Part shown: in pieces, positions 27,802 through 37,525 of the stretch | Layout: every line of letters begins with the position of its first letter | Numbering within the stretch: the stretch's first letter is position 1 | From: a bacterium | Lineage (GTDB): Bacteria; Patescibacteriota; Saccharimonadia; Saccharimonadales; SZUA-47 | Assembly (NCBI GenBank): GCA_030427365.1 | Contig: JAUHWW010000001.1 | Coordinates: 31,963-95,962, forward strand | Length of the DNA stretch: 64,000 nucleotides | Direction: 5' to 3' | Program-made: the position numbers and the translations under genes | The notes under the pieces: generated by a model | What the model saw: the letters and a program-made list of their open reading frames with translations, nothing else | Told to the model about the DNA's origin: nothing | The model's database searches: none

Positions 27802-29787
27802 CTAATTTCCGTCTATTGACCAGTGCCATGCTTCATACCCCTCAGAATCACGATCTTGCCCCCGACCAAACTCATACAAACCGTAACTTGATGCATTAGA
27901 AACAAGCCAGTTAAAACACTCATTGTCTAGGGCCTCACTATAAGCTCTCGGTAACAACACTTCATTACACTCAATATCTAAGGCTAAGCCCAGCTGATGA
28001 TTTGAATACCCAGGAGGGGCACCTCCAGGACAGCTTTGATAATCCTCAAGCGGTTTAGGATACGGTCCCGGGGTTGGCGTGTAACCTCCTGAGCTACAGT
28101 GAGATTCATAGATTGCTACTTGCCCGTCCATCGTTCTAAAGCCACCACCCCCTCCACCGGTAAAGGTTATGTTCGCCCCAGCAGCTCTCGCGTCGTCGAT
28201 TAACGATTTTACCGCAGCTGAAATCTGCGAATTAACAACTGCGCCCTCATATTCACAGGTGCGGATACGGTACTCTTCACCGTTTCTGAAGCCGAGAGCA
28301 TTCTCGTCGACAGTTCTTGTGCCTGTAGCACAAAGAATCGCAGTTGTATCTCTTGACTCGGTGTCGACCGTAGTGCCTGCTGCACAGCTCGCTCCCGTGT
28401 AGCTGCCTCCAGTTCCAGTATATTCGTTAAATATTCGATTTGCTCTCTCTCGACGATTATTAATCTCATTTTGTCGGCTGGCCCCTCCATCAATAACAGA
28501 TCTTGGCCTTTCGAATTCAAGAAGAAAGCTGTCAGAAGCCTCATTTATGGTAACGGATGGGTTCTCCATAACCGCAAGAACGCCAGTGAACAGTTCACTC
28601 AATTCCTTGAACAAAAAGTCTAGCTGTAGATCCATGCTTCCTGTTGAGCGTCCCGTTTCTGTGGCGTAAGCAATAAGCGCGTCCTGTCTTGTCTCAAAAG
28701 TCCACTGAGCAAGCCCATAACCATAACTGCCTCGAAATATCGGACCCTTGCTTCCTGTAGCTGCTGTAAAGTCAATTGGTATCTCAGGACTTCTGTTGTC
28801 TGGATAACCAGCCGAAAATTCAACCACTTGCGGATCCATTGTGCCAGCAGATTCGACTTCCAAGTTACCCATGATTCCTGCAGCCGCTTGTTCTGATAAT
28901 CCGATGCCAGCAGCCTCGTCTGTTAGGTAATTCCAGGCATTTTGATACCGCTCTTCTTTTGTTGTAGCGCTTTCCACGATAGGACTATTGACGTTACAGC
29001 TACAGCCGGCAAGGCCCGCCGGACCCGAAAACTCCTCTTCTGGGTCTGTAAGTTGTGTAATTATGTATCGTGTCATCGCTGGGTAATTTTCGGGGTGCAG
29101 ACCATCACCCGATAGATTAGATGCAGCGACACTACTGGAGCCCCACGGAATAATAGATACGTTAGTTTGGCTGCTCGCGACATTTTCAATGCCCTGGTTG
29201 ATAACAGGCCCCGCTATGGTCAAGTTGTTGCCCGCACTCGAACCACGAATGTATGTTGTTATCCATCGAATTTCAATAGCTGGGTTTATAGTGGTTGCAG
29301 CCGTAACGAGTGATGAAGCTAGTTCGGTAATTAGCTCCTCGCCTCCTTCGACCACTTCAGATCCATTGACGACATCAGCAACATTATTTGTTCCCAGACC
29401 AACAACAAGCACGTCACTATTAGACACCTCGGTCTGACGCGCGTTTATTTGCTCAACTCCCCAACTAATACTTCGTCCAATTTCTGCAACAACTCCACTA
29501 ACTTGCCAGCCAGCTTCTTCAACGGCTCCGCTAAGGTCGCCCAGATCTCTCATGCCGACTGTTAGCGAATCCCCCAGAAAGAATAGTTGAGAGCCTGCGG
29601 CGATTTCATCGACGGTAGTTGCTAGGGTTGGAGCAGTGCAGTATATGGTTTCTTCAATATCAAAATACGATGATCCGCTGTCAATAACCCTGCGCTGCTC
29701 AGGATCAAGTGCGTGTACCGAAGGTACGGTAATGGTAAGAACAAAAAACAGTGAAAGAGCGAGGCAAGAAATAATGCGCAATCTCAT
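27802..29787 (-). CDS. Secreted tri-domain cell-wall hydrolase: SGNH + phage-tail lysozyme + M15 (VanY-like) peptidase
   Basis: FLGDSL/GLGTNN/DGLHP; AAAGIMGNLEVES...GYGLAQWT; FRT...PGYSNHQLGLALDI...EAWH. Confidence 0.85.
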   Translation of the reverse strand: MRLRIISCLALSLFFVLTITVPSVHALDPEQRRVIDSGSSYFDIEETIYCTAPTLATTVDEIAAGSQLFFLGDSLTVGMRDLGDLSGAVEEAGWQVSGVVAEIGRSISWGVEQINARQTEVSNSDVLVVGLGTNNVADVVNGSEVVEGGEELITELASSLVTAATTINPAIEIRWITTYIRGSSAGNNLTIAGPVINQGIENVASSQTNVSIIPWGSSSVAASNLSGDGLHPENYPAMTRYIITQLTDPEEEFSGPAGLAGCSCNVNSPIVESATTKEERYQNAWNYLTDEAAGIGLSEQAAAGIMGNLEVESAGTMDPQVVEFSAGYPDNRSPEIPIDFTAATGSKGPIFRGSYGYGLAQWTFETRQDALIAYATETGRSTGSMDLQLDFLFKELSELFTGVLAVMENPSVTINEASDSFLLEFERPRSVIDGGASRQNEINNRRERANRIFNEYTGTGGSYTGASCAAGTTVDTESRDTTAILCATGTRTVDENALGFRNGEEYRIRTCEYEGAVVNSQISAAVKSLIDDARAAGANITFTGGGGGGFRTMDGQVAIYESHCSSGGYTPTPGPYPKPLEDYQSCPGGAPPGYSNHQLGLALDIECNEVLLPRAYSEALDNECFNWLVSNASSYGLYEFGRGQDRDSEGYEAWHWSIDGN

Positions 29788-30351
29788 CTACTGACTGCCT
29801 TCTGTGATGTAGTTAATAACGGATCGTGGGTAATTTAACTCCGACAGATACTCTTCGTCATAACCAGTTCCCGACTCGCGCAGCTTCCATCCCTGTGAGA
29901 TGGTATATTCGTGAATAGTAAGATAGCCTTCAACCGTTCCGTCACTGCCAATATAGCTAACAAGCCAACCATCATCTTCCAATAGCTCAGCATCTAGTAT
30001 GGTAAAGCGGTTATCTTCTAGGTTGATAAGCACGCTGCTCAGCTCAATCGCTGAAAGCTGTCTTGAGTCCAAGACAACGCTTTTCGAGGAAAAGGGCTGT
30101 AATGATACTGTTTCAGAAACAGGACTCGTTCGCTTCCCACTAGCCCCTATAGAGTATGTACCGGGTCTTAAGCGAAAAGTAGGGTCTGAATTTATTTCTA
30201 TTGTCGGGTAGGTTTTCTCCCCGATTGTTATAGTTTCAAAATCGCTACTATTCTCCAAGGATACAGTTCCAAACCAAAATAATTGATAGAATAAAGTTGC
30301 TATTCCTGCTGTCAACAGGACTGAAATAATCACAAGGACTCTTCTGTTCAT
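29788..30351 (-). CDS. Hypothetical membrane-anchored protein (PEGA-like beta domain)
   Basis: TM helix, LRPGTYSI motif, translationally coupled to its neighbours. Confidence 0.65.
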   Translation of the reverse strand: MNRRVLVIISVLLTAGIATLFYQLFWFGTVSLENSSDFETITIGEKTYPTIEINSDPTFRLRPGTYSIGASGKRTSPVSETVSLQPFSSKSVVLDSRQLSAIELSSVLINLEDNRFTILDAELLEDDGWLVSYIGSDGTVEGYLTIHEYTISQGWKLRESGTGYDEEYLSELNYPRSVINYITEGSQ

Positions 30352-33300
30352 GGTGACGACCCCGGACCGATATATCGCACTGCATAGGGGTAGTAGCTTG
30401 CATCCCTCGTGTAATAGCCAGTACGTCTTTCTCCCTCGTCGTTTCTGCTGGCTGATGATTCCATCGTTAAGAATTCACCGCTCGGTAGACGCTCGGCCAG
30501 AATCCCTATGTGGCCGTTGTTTCCACATGTGCGGCTTTTTATCAAGAAGTCTCCTGTCCTTGCTTCCCCAGGACTTATTTGTGTAAAATAATCTGTTCTG
30601 TCGAGATATCCTGCTGAGCAGGTTGGTCCTATTTCCACACCGAATGCTTCGTAGATGGCAACGTTTGTAAAGCCACTGCACTCCATGAAGTCGTTGGAGC
30701 CATTCACTACGCGTTCCTCTATCCACTCTCGTGGTCTTTGCCCCAGGCTCCCTTCAATTGTACTAACCCCCCATTCTTCCAGCCACCGGCTGCCTGTACC
30801 AACGTTGTAGTTAGCGTATCTCACTCCGAAATAGTTTTGCGCAGCACAGGTAATTCGTTCGTTGCCTGTAATATTTGAACACTCACCTGTGCTCGTGTTT
30901 TCCTCTGCGACTACTGATCCTATTGGCTCATTGTTAAAGCCTAGGAGTGCACACGACTCCTCAGAGCTAACTACAGTCGCCTCATCTCCAGCGTTATCGG
31001 GTAGGTAGCAGTTGAGACTGTGGCTTGTAAGAGTGTCATTTATGTAGAAGCGGTAGTCTAGGTAATCTGCATTGTCCCTAAAGCCATCACATTCCTCTGG
31101 TTGATTGAACGGCGAGCTTGCCATCTGGTCACTTTGCACGATTGGATCGAGAGTGTCTACGTCAATTCGTGTCGGAAAACATTGGCCATATCTGCTTTCG
31201 AGATCGGCGATATTTGCCTCAACTCTGCTTGCCACCGCGTAAGGATCCTGCACCTGTTCAGCGTCTTGTTCGCTAGCCGAAAAGCCTATTTCGCTGAAGC
31301 CATAATCAAACGGCTCTGAAGCCTCCGCTGCACCTGCCTTAGCGCTAGAGAACAGGCTAAATGGATTCGATATCGCAGCAAACATATTTGAGTGCAGAGA
31401 ACTGACAGACGATATTACTGACGTAGGCACAGAGCGCAAAGTTATCGCAGCTAGTGAGTCTGTCGAATCAAGATCAAATACGCGTGCAAAGAACGATTGC
31501 TTACTCCTCAAATCCTCTTTTAATTGTTGATTTCTGGCATCAAGTATTCCCACTTCTTGATTAGTCAACTCTTCTCCCCCCATGCCGAAGCCGAGCATTC
31601 CAGCAGCCAGTCGTGCCCCGTAGTTGGCAACGTTTCCGAGTGCTGGCCCTACCACATCAGTAACTACTCCATCGCCTGCCAGCCATGAGGCGACGCTGAG
31701 AGCAATATCTTGGGGTGTTGGCAGGCCAAGCCCAGTAAGCACTCCGCTTAGTGCAGCATCAGACAACTGCCCGACCTGAGCTATGACTGGGAGCCCGGAA
31801 ATCCAGCTGCTCACACCGCAGGCAGTGCCGAGACCTGGTATGTTGTCTATTGCTACAAAAAGCTTTGGTTTACCTTTAATACTATCTGGCTTCACTGATG
31901 GATCAATATCTGGCCCAGTAATCGGTTTGCCCATTTCATGCTGGATACTCGCCGCCGCATATACACTTCCTGTTTCGGGGTCATTCAGTTCTTTTACAAA
32001 AAAACCGATTTCATCTAGAGATAAGTCAGAGGTTGGCGAGGAGAAAGCGAGTATCTGTGCTCCTTTTGACATCCAACGGAAACCGGTCCGAAGCATTGGA
32101 AGGATCGTGTTTTGAAATTGAATTTCCTCAGCCTGGTTGCCGACGTCACGAACAGCGCATAGCACCCCAACGACGGCGGCAGGACCCGAGGCTTTGCTAA
32201 TAATGCTTCTACCAATACCCCTCAACCTGCTTAGGCGGCTTCCCTCACCTTCTAGTGCAGCTGCTGCCTCTCGTGACGCTTCATTTCCAAAGTCTGCAGC
32301 ATCAATGTTTTCTGGAGGAGTATCAGGAACTCCATCTCCATTTAAGTCTTGATCGGCTTCCCCGGTCAGCGTACGCGCCCTTACGTCACTCACACCATTT
32401 CTTATGTCTGCGTTTCTGGTCGTCCGCACTCGATTATAGTATGAGAGTAGCGTCTCCCCAGGGCGCCGCACAGTTTTAAACGGATGAAAATCGACACCTC
32501 CGAGCCGCTTTAGAATACGTGATGCCACTATTTGCGACCTTTTTTTGAGTCCGCTGTTCTCTAGTATTTGATCGACGCCAAGACGGCGATTGCGGTCAGA
32601 GCCTCCGATGACAACAATACGTTTTTCGGTAGGACTTCCGTCAATTCTTGTGACTGAACTTGGGGGGTCTCCTGATGAGTCGATATTTTTGAGAAAGTCT
32701 CTAGCCTTATTCTCATCTAAAACTTCTAGTCCGACGAACCTTCCCCTGTCGCCTGGATCAAATACTGGTCTCACGCCTACCTGGTCTATGAGCTTTGTTT
32801 CATAGCTGTTGGCAACACGATTGCCGACCGCGCCCAAACGAGTCTGTTGGATATTTCCACTTTTTGCGTAACGATAGAGAATTCTTGAACTTCTATCGTC
32901 GCCGAAGGCCTGGATGTTCGTAAAGTGAAATTGCTCAAGTAATTGAGCAAACTGGACAATCTGAAATGGTCCAGAAACAGTGAGAAAAACAAGAAATGAC
33001 GCGACAACTCCACCACCAATGCCGCCACCTATTAACACTCTTCGACGCGTAATGCGCTTTCGAAGTCGCTTAAACCCACTCTCTTCTTCTACTTCACCAG
33101 AATTATTGTAAAGACTATCGACTTCTTTTTTATCGACACCACTAGTGTCCTGTCCATCCGATTCAGTTGGTTGGTTTTCCTTTTTCGCCGTGTCATTGGC
33201 TTGCTCAGTAGGATCGGTATTGGCGCGTTCTTTTGCTTCATCGGCGTTTGACGCGTCTTTCGCGTCTTCATCAAGCGTTGGGTCGCCGTTCTCATCAATA

Positions 33301-33632
33301 TTTCCTTCTGCGAGCCGGTCGCTGGCCTCTGGCGGCGCAAAGGCTTGATTAGTGCCTCGGCTCTCAGGAAGTGCTGGCCCGTAATCATCGATGCCAACAC
33401 CACCTTCAAGGTTTTGACTAGGGGCATCATTCTTGTTTATGGACGCTCGGTCAACATCTGGTTTTTGAGATGTCTTCGTTCGCTGTCCACCACCCTTAAA
33501 CGTTGGGCTGGTTGCATAAGGATTTTTACCGCCAACCGTATGGCGACCTTTGCTGCTAATGCGTCGCCGGCCAGTTACTTTGACCTTTGCTTTTCGTCTG
33601 TTATCTCCTGGTGCGGGAGCGGTGGTTGCCAT
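30348..33632 (-). CDS. Large membrane protein with C-terminal NlpC/P60 (CHAP-like) peptidoglycan peptidase domain
   Basis: Acidic disordered N-terminus, TM helix, MECSGF...GDFL...GHIGI...MES catalytic motifs. Confidence 0.78.
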   Translation of the reverse strand: MATTAPAPGDNRRKAKVKVTGRRRISSKGRHTVGGKNPYATSPTFKGGGQRTKTSQKPDVDRASINKNDAPSQNLEGGVGIDDYGPALPESRGTNQAFAPPEASDRLAEGNIDENGDPTLDEDAKDASNADEAKERANTDPTEQANDTAKKENQPTESDGQDTSGVDKKEVDSLYNNSGEVEEESGFKRLRKRITRRRVLIGGGIGGGVVASFLVFLTVSGPFQIVQFAQLLEQFHFTNIQAFGDDRSSRILYRYAKSGNIQQTRLGAVGNRVANSYETKLIDQVGVRPVFDPGDRGRFVGLEVLDENKARDFLKNIDSSGDPPSSVTRIDGSPTEKRIVVIGGSDRNRRLGVDQILENSGLKKRSQIVASRILKRLGGVDFHPFKTVRRPGETLLSYYNRVRTTRNADIRNGVSDVRARTLTGEADQDLNGDGVPDTPPENIDAADFGNEASREAAAALEGEGSRLSRLRGIGRSIISKASGPAAVVGVLCAVRDVGNQAEEIQFQNTILPMLRTGFRWMSKGAQILAFSSPTSDLSLDEIGFFVKELNDPETGSVYAAASIQHEMGKPITGPDIDPSVKPDSIKGKPKLFVAIDNIPGLGTACGVSSWISGLPVIAQVGQLSDAALSGVLTGLGLPTPQDIALSVASWLAGDGVVTDVVGPALGNVANYGARLAAGMLGFGMGGEELTNQEVGILDARNQQLKEDLRSKQSFFARVFDLDSTDSLAAITLRSVPTSVISSVSSLHSNMFAAISNPFSLFSSAKAGAAEASEPFDYGFSEIGFSASEQDAEQVQDPYAVASRVEANIADLESRYGQCFPTRIDVDTLDPIVQSDQMASSPFNQPEECDGFRDNADYLDYRFYINDTLTSHSLNCYLPDNAGDEATVVSSEESCALLGFNNEPIGSVVAEENTSTGECSNITGNERITCAAQNYFGVRYANYNVGTGSRWLEEWGVSTIEGSLGQRPREWIEERVVNGSNDFMECSGFTNVAIYEAFGVEIGPTCSAGYLDRTDYFTQISPGEARTGDFLIKSRTCGNNGHIGILAERLPSGEFLTMESSASRNDEGERRTGYYTRDASYYPYAVRYIGPGSSP

Positions 33633-33675
33633 CGTGTTTGCGCCCTTTGATGGTTAGTGTTTGTTTGGTCTAAAA

Positions 33676-35592
33676 CTACCGTAAATTAACTGATTCATTA
33701 TACCCCGTTTGGTCAAGGTTGACCTGTTGCTGTTGCCGCTGTTCTTCTATCTGCCTGACCTCATCAGGATTAGTAGTGATGAGTGAGGTTTCGGTTGGTG
33801 ATGCGGTAATCTGAATATGAACATGGTTTTCACCGGCAAAGAACAATCCCTGTCCGACTGGAAATTGGCTGAGACGTTTCTTTTCTTCACTGGTGAGCTT
33901 GAAGGTGTTGGCGAGCACGTCGACAGCTGAAGCGGATTGTTTCAGCAATATCTGCATACTAGCGTTGGCGACAATAGCACGCCCCATCTTGCTATCCATG
34001 AAGTCTTCAACGTCTTGCGTCACAGTAGTGATGCCGAGGTTGTACTTTCTGGCTCGCTTCGCCAAAGAGAAGAGGAAGTTTGCGGAATCTTCATATTTCA
34101 TGAGCTGCCATGCCTCATCAACAACCAGCATGCGCTTTTTACGATCAGTCTTTGTCTTGTTCCAAATGTAATTCAGGACAATGTACATTGCGACTGGACG
34201 TAGTTCATCCTCGAGGTCGCGGACATTGAACACTACCATCGGATTATCAATGTTGATGTTGCTTTGCTGAGAGAAAATGCCCGCAAATGTGCCGGTGGTA
34301 TATTTACGCAAGCGCTGCGCGAGCTCTGGGCCAGTTCCACCCATATGTAGCAGCGTGTCGTAGAGGTCATTAATGGTCGGCGCCGGCGTGTTGTGGGTCA
34401 GTGGGTCGTTGGTAATGCCAGCTTTTGCGTAGGTTTCGATCAGCGCAGCATCGAGGTCGGACTCTTCGACTGGGCTGAGCGCTGGCATCATGACTTGCCC
34501 GCCCTGGCTGGCCATTTGCGCCTGCGCACCGCCCATCATCAATCGCAGCAGTCCGTGCAAGGTAATAAGGTTGCTGCGCAGTGCGTCATCGGCTTCGGCG
34601 TCATCGGTGACTTTTGGCAGATCAAACGGATTAATACGCGTTGAGCTGTTAAGACTGAGGCGCACGTAGGCGCCACCGACGGCGTCTGCAAGGCGCTCGT
34701 ACTCGTTCTCAGGATCGATAATAAACACTTCGGTGCCGAACATCATACTGCGCAGCGCTTCGAGCTTGACGGTGAAGCTCTTACCAGCACCAGACTTTGC
34801 AAAGACAACACTGTTGCCATTCTCGAGACTGAAGCGATCAAAGATAACCAGCCCTGAGTTGTGCATGTTAACCCCATAGAGGACGCCGTCGTCTTGAGTG
34901 AGGTCGGCAGAGGTAAATGGGAAGCTGGTTGATATGGCGCCGGTATTCATGTTGCGGCGAACCTGCAACTGGTCGGTGAACTGCGGTAGCGTGGAGTTGA
35001 GCCCCTGCTCTTGCTGAGCACTGGCTGGCTTGCTGTATACGAGCTGCTGGGCTAAGACACTTTCTACTTTGTGGCTGACAAACTCCATTTCTTCAACGTC
35101 ATTTGCATAAACGGTAAAGTAGAAGCCGAATCGGAAGAAGCGCTCTTCTCCCACTTGCAATTTGTCGCGCAATTCCTCGGCGTCGTTGATGGCGGCTTGT
35201 TTTCCTGGATCGCGAGCACGGCCTTTTTCAGCATCAATCTGCAGGCCTGCTTCAAGCTGTCCGACCTTTTTCTTGAGGTTTTCCAGCACTACCTGACTCT
35301 CAACTGGGTAGACGAACAGGGATAAATCAATGACTTCATCGAGATTAATCATGCTTGATAACCAGCCGGTGTAGATTTGCCGCGGATACCCAAAGACGTA
35401 GTAGGTGCGACCAATTCGCGTGCCAATCTTGAACTGACTGCTTTCGAATTCGAGGGACGCCGGCGCGATAAAGTCACGCAGCGCGGTAATACCCTTTTGG
35501 AAGGCTGCCTGCACTTCAGCTTGTTCTTGCGCAGATTGCACTTGCGCCTGCGCGACAGGATCGGGCATCTTTTTACCGCCAAATAAGCCCAT
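33676..35592 (-). CDS. virB4: VirB4-like type IV secretion ATPase
   Basis: AKSGAGKS Walker A, IIDPENEY, INPFD, VVDEAW, RARKY and TQ motifs. Confidence 0.9.
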   Translation of the reverse strand: MGLFGGKKMPDPVAQAQVQSAQEQAEVQAAFQKGITALRDFIAPASLEFESSQFKIGTRIGRTYYVFGYPRQIYTGWLSSMINLDEVIDLSLFVYPVESQVVLENLKKKVGQLEAGLQIDAEKGRARDPGKQAAINDAEELRDKLQVGEERFFRFGFYFTVYANDVEEMEFVSHKVESVLAQQLVYSKPASAQQEQGLNSTLPQFTDQLQVRRNMNTGAISTSFPFTSADLTQDDGVLYGVNMHNSGLVIFDRFSLENGNSVVFAKSGAGKSFTVKLEALRSMMFGTEVFIIDPENEYERLADAVGGAYVRLSLNSSTRINPFDLPKVTDDAEADDALRSNLITLHGLLRLMMGGAQAQMASQGGQVMMPALSPVEESDLDAALIETYAKAGITNDPLTHNTPAPTINDLYDTLLHMGGTGPELAQRLRKYTTGTFAGIFSQQSNINIDNPMVVFNVRDLEDELRPVAMYIVLNYIWNKTKTDRKKRMLVVDEAWQLMKYEDSANFLFSLAKRARKYNLGITTVTQDVEDFMDSKMGRAIVANASMQILLKQSASAVDVLANTFKLTSEEKKRLSQFPVGQGLFFAGENHVHIQITASPTETSLITTNPDEVRQIEEQRQQQQVNLDQTGYNESVNLR

Positions 35593-36389
35593 TACTGCAT
35601 CTCCCTCTCTAGGTTCGGGTTGACCGCCTGACCTTGGCCTTTTGTGATGACCGGCGCGGTCAAATCACTAAAGTTTTTGAGCTGCTGACGAGTGGCGGTA
35701 TCGGGGTTGTAAGCGTCGTAGTACAGTTCAATCAACTCTTGTGTATCGAGTGGCAACGACTTCACCTGACACTGCACGAGGCCGTTCATGGTGGCCTGAA
35801 TACGGTTTTTCAGCTCTGTTTTTGCGCGCTCCAGGTCAATTTCGTTGATAACGACCTTCTCTTCTTTCTTGCCGAAAATTGTCTGGAAAAACCCGCGTGA
35901 TGCTTGCACCACTTTCTGAGCATCCATTTTTGGCTCAAACGGGATGACCACGTAAAATTTCTTATCCATGATGTTGGTCTGCTGCGCGATAATTTCCATG
36001 TAATTGATGTAGTCTTCCATAAGGAGCGCAAGCAACATATTGTCATGTTCGGTGCGGATTTTATCGAGCTTTTCGATATATGGGCGGATGTCGATCTTCT
36101 GCGAGCGAACAAATACCTGAATCGGGAAATACAAAGAGTTTAAAAAGCCTTGGTAGGCGAACTCAACCGCCTCACGCTCATTTGGGCTCATAAGATCAAA
36201 GTTGATGCTCTGACACATCAGCACGGCGCGGAATGAGCCGTCGTTCATGATAACGATGCCGTCACGTATTTCGGCAATCTCTAAAGAGTTTTGTGTACTC
36301 GTCGGATTTGTCTGAGGCCCAGGCGGCGGCGGTCCGGCCTGTGGGGCGGTCACCTGGGGCTGAGCTGGTTGTTGCTGATTCGGATTCAC
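35592..36389 (-). CDS. Conserved T4SS-associated protein resembling the VirB4/TraC N-terminal region
   Basis: EIRDGIVIM, INFDLMS, FLNSL and ELIELYY motifs; located between prgI and virB4. Confidence 0.7.
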   Translation of the reverse strand: MNPNQQQPAQPQVTAPQAGPPPPGPQTNPTSTQNSLEIAEIRDGIVIMNDGSFRAVLMCQSINFDLMSPNEREAVEFAYQGFLNSLYFPIQVFVRSQKIDIRPYIEKLDKIRTEHDNMLLALLMEDYINYMEIIAQQTNIMDKKFYVVIPFEPKMDAQKVVQASRGFFQTIFGKKEEKVVINEIDLERAKTELKNRIQATMNGLVQCQVKSLPLDTQELIELYYDAYNPDTATRQQLKNFSDLTAPVITKGQGQAVNPNLEREMQ

Positions 36390-36422
36390 GCTATATCTTA
36401 CTTCCCACCCTTATTCAGCGGA

Positions 36423-37478
36423 CTAATGAAGTGGAACAACAACTTCACCGCTATCATCAGGTTCTTGATGACTCATCTCACGTTGGAATGACGAAATCGA
36501 GCGGTCATCGTTTTGACTTGCCATCAGTATAGCAGGATTTACGGGGGTAGCACTAGCGCTTTGCGCTTCGCTTTTGCGCCTAGCCGCCTCGGCCTCTTCT
36601 TCCGCCTTTCTCTTGGCCTCAGCTTCTCTCTCGGCCTGGGTTGGTATGCGCTTTTCATGGCTGCTTAGGCGTATCTTCTTTTGAGCTTCTTGCTCTTTGT
36701 GGAGCTTATCAAGCAGTTTCTTTTCATCAGCAGCTGTGAGCGTGCTCTTCACCTTTGGCGAAGCCTTCATTGAAGCGTGTTGCGGGCTGACTGGTGGCAA
36801 AGAAATGCTGCCCGTTAGTGTGTCTGCACCATTCCTTCTACTACCTTGCTTTGTGGTGTCACTAGTTTTTGCCTGCGCAACAAGATCGAGCGCCTCTTTG
36901 CGGTGCTCATTTTCTGATCTTTGTATCAATTCATCAACTTGAGATGAGCGCTCCTCAAGAATGTCAGGCGTGCGTTTAGCATTAATTTCCTCAGGGCTTT
37001 CCTGCCGAGGCGAAGGTGCTACCAGCCGGTCAGAATCATCTGGACGGGCTGCGTTTTTGACCGCCCACCCTCTTGAATCAACGACATTTGATAGAGCAGC
37101 AAAACGACTTTTAACTTCTTCTTGCGTTAGGCCATCTGTGTAGTAGTGGACTTCACGCTTAGGGACGGTAATTGTCACAAGATCTTTCATGCCCGACTGA
37201 TCCCAGATGCGCTTTCGTTTCATGAACAAGAAGCGGATGCGTGATGCGAGAAAGAGATCGGTCGGCTGATCTTTCGACCAAGGAATGGTAAAAACGAGTG
37301 AGATCAAAAAGAATGGCAGAAATAGGATCACCAGCCACGGAAGCGGACTGGTAAGCACTAAAAATGACAAGTAGCCTGTCACCATCGTCGCCATTGCAAA
37401 GAGGAATTGCTTGAAAGTCAACGGACCGATAAATTTGTCTTCGGCCTCTACGTCTTGTGGAACTTTATACTGCGCCAT
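36423..37478 (-). CDS. PrgI-family (VirB3-like) protein
   Basis: YKVPQDVEAEDKFIGPLTFKQF followed by two TM helices; start taken at MAQY. Confidence 0.85.
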   Translation of the reverse strand: MAQYKVPQDVEAEDKFIGPLTFKQFLFAMATMVTGYLSFLVLTSPLPWLVILFLPFFLISLVFTIPWSKDQPTDLFLASRIRFLFMKRKRIWDQSGMKDLVTITVPKREVHYYTDGLTQEEVKSRFAALSNVVDSRGWAVKNAARPDDSDRLVAPSPRQESPEEINAKRTPDILEERSSQVDELIQRSENEHRKEALDLVAQAKTSDTTKQGSRRNGADTLTGSISLPPVSPQHASMKASPKVKSTLTAADEKKLLDKLHKEQEAQKKIRLSSHEKRIPTQAEREAEAKRKAEEEAEAARRKSEAQSASATPVNPAILMASQNDDRSISSFQREMSHQEPDDSGEVVVPLH

Positions 37479-37525
37479 TGTAAGCATAAGTATAGCTTAC
37501 ATAGGACATTTCGTTAACCGTGCGT

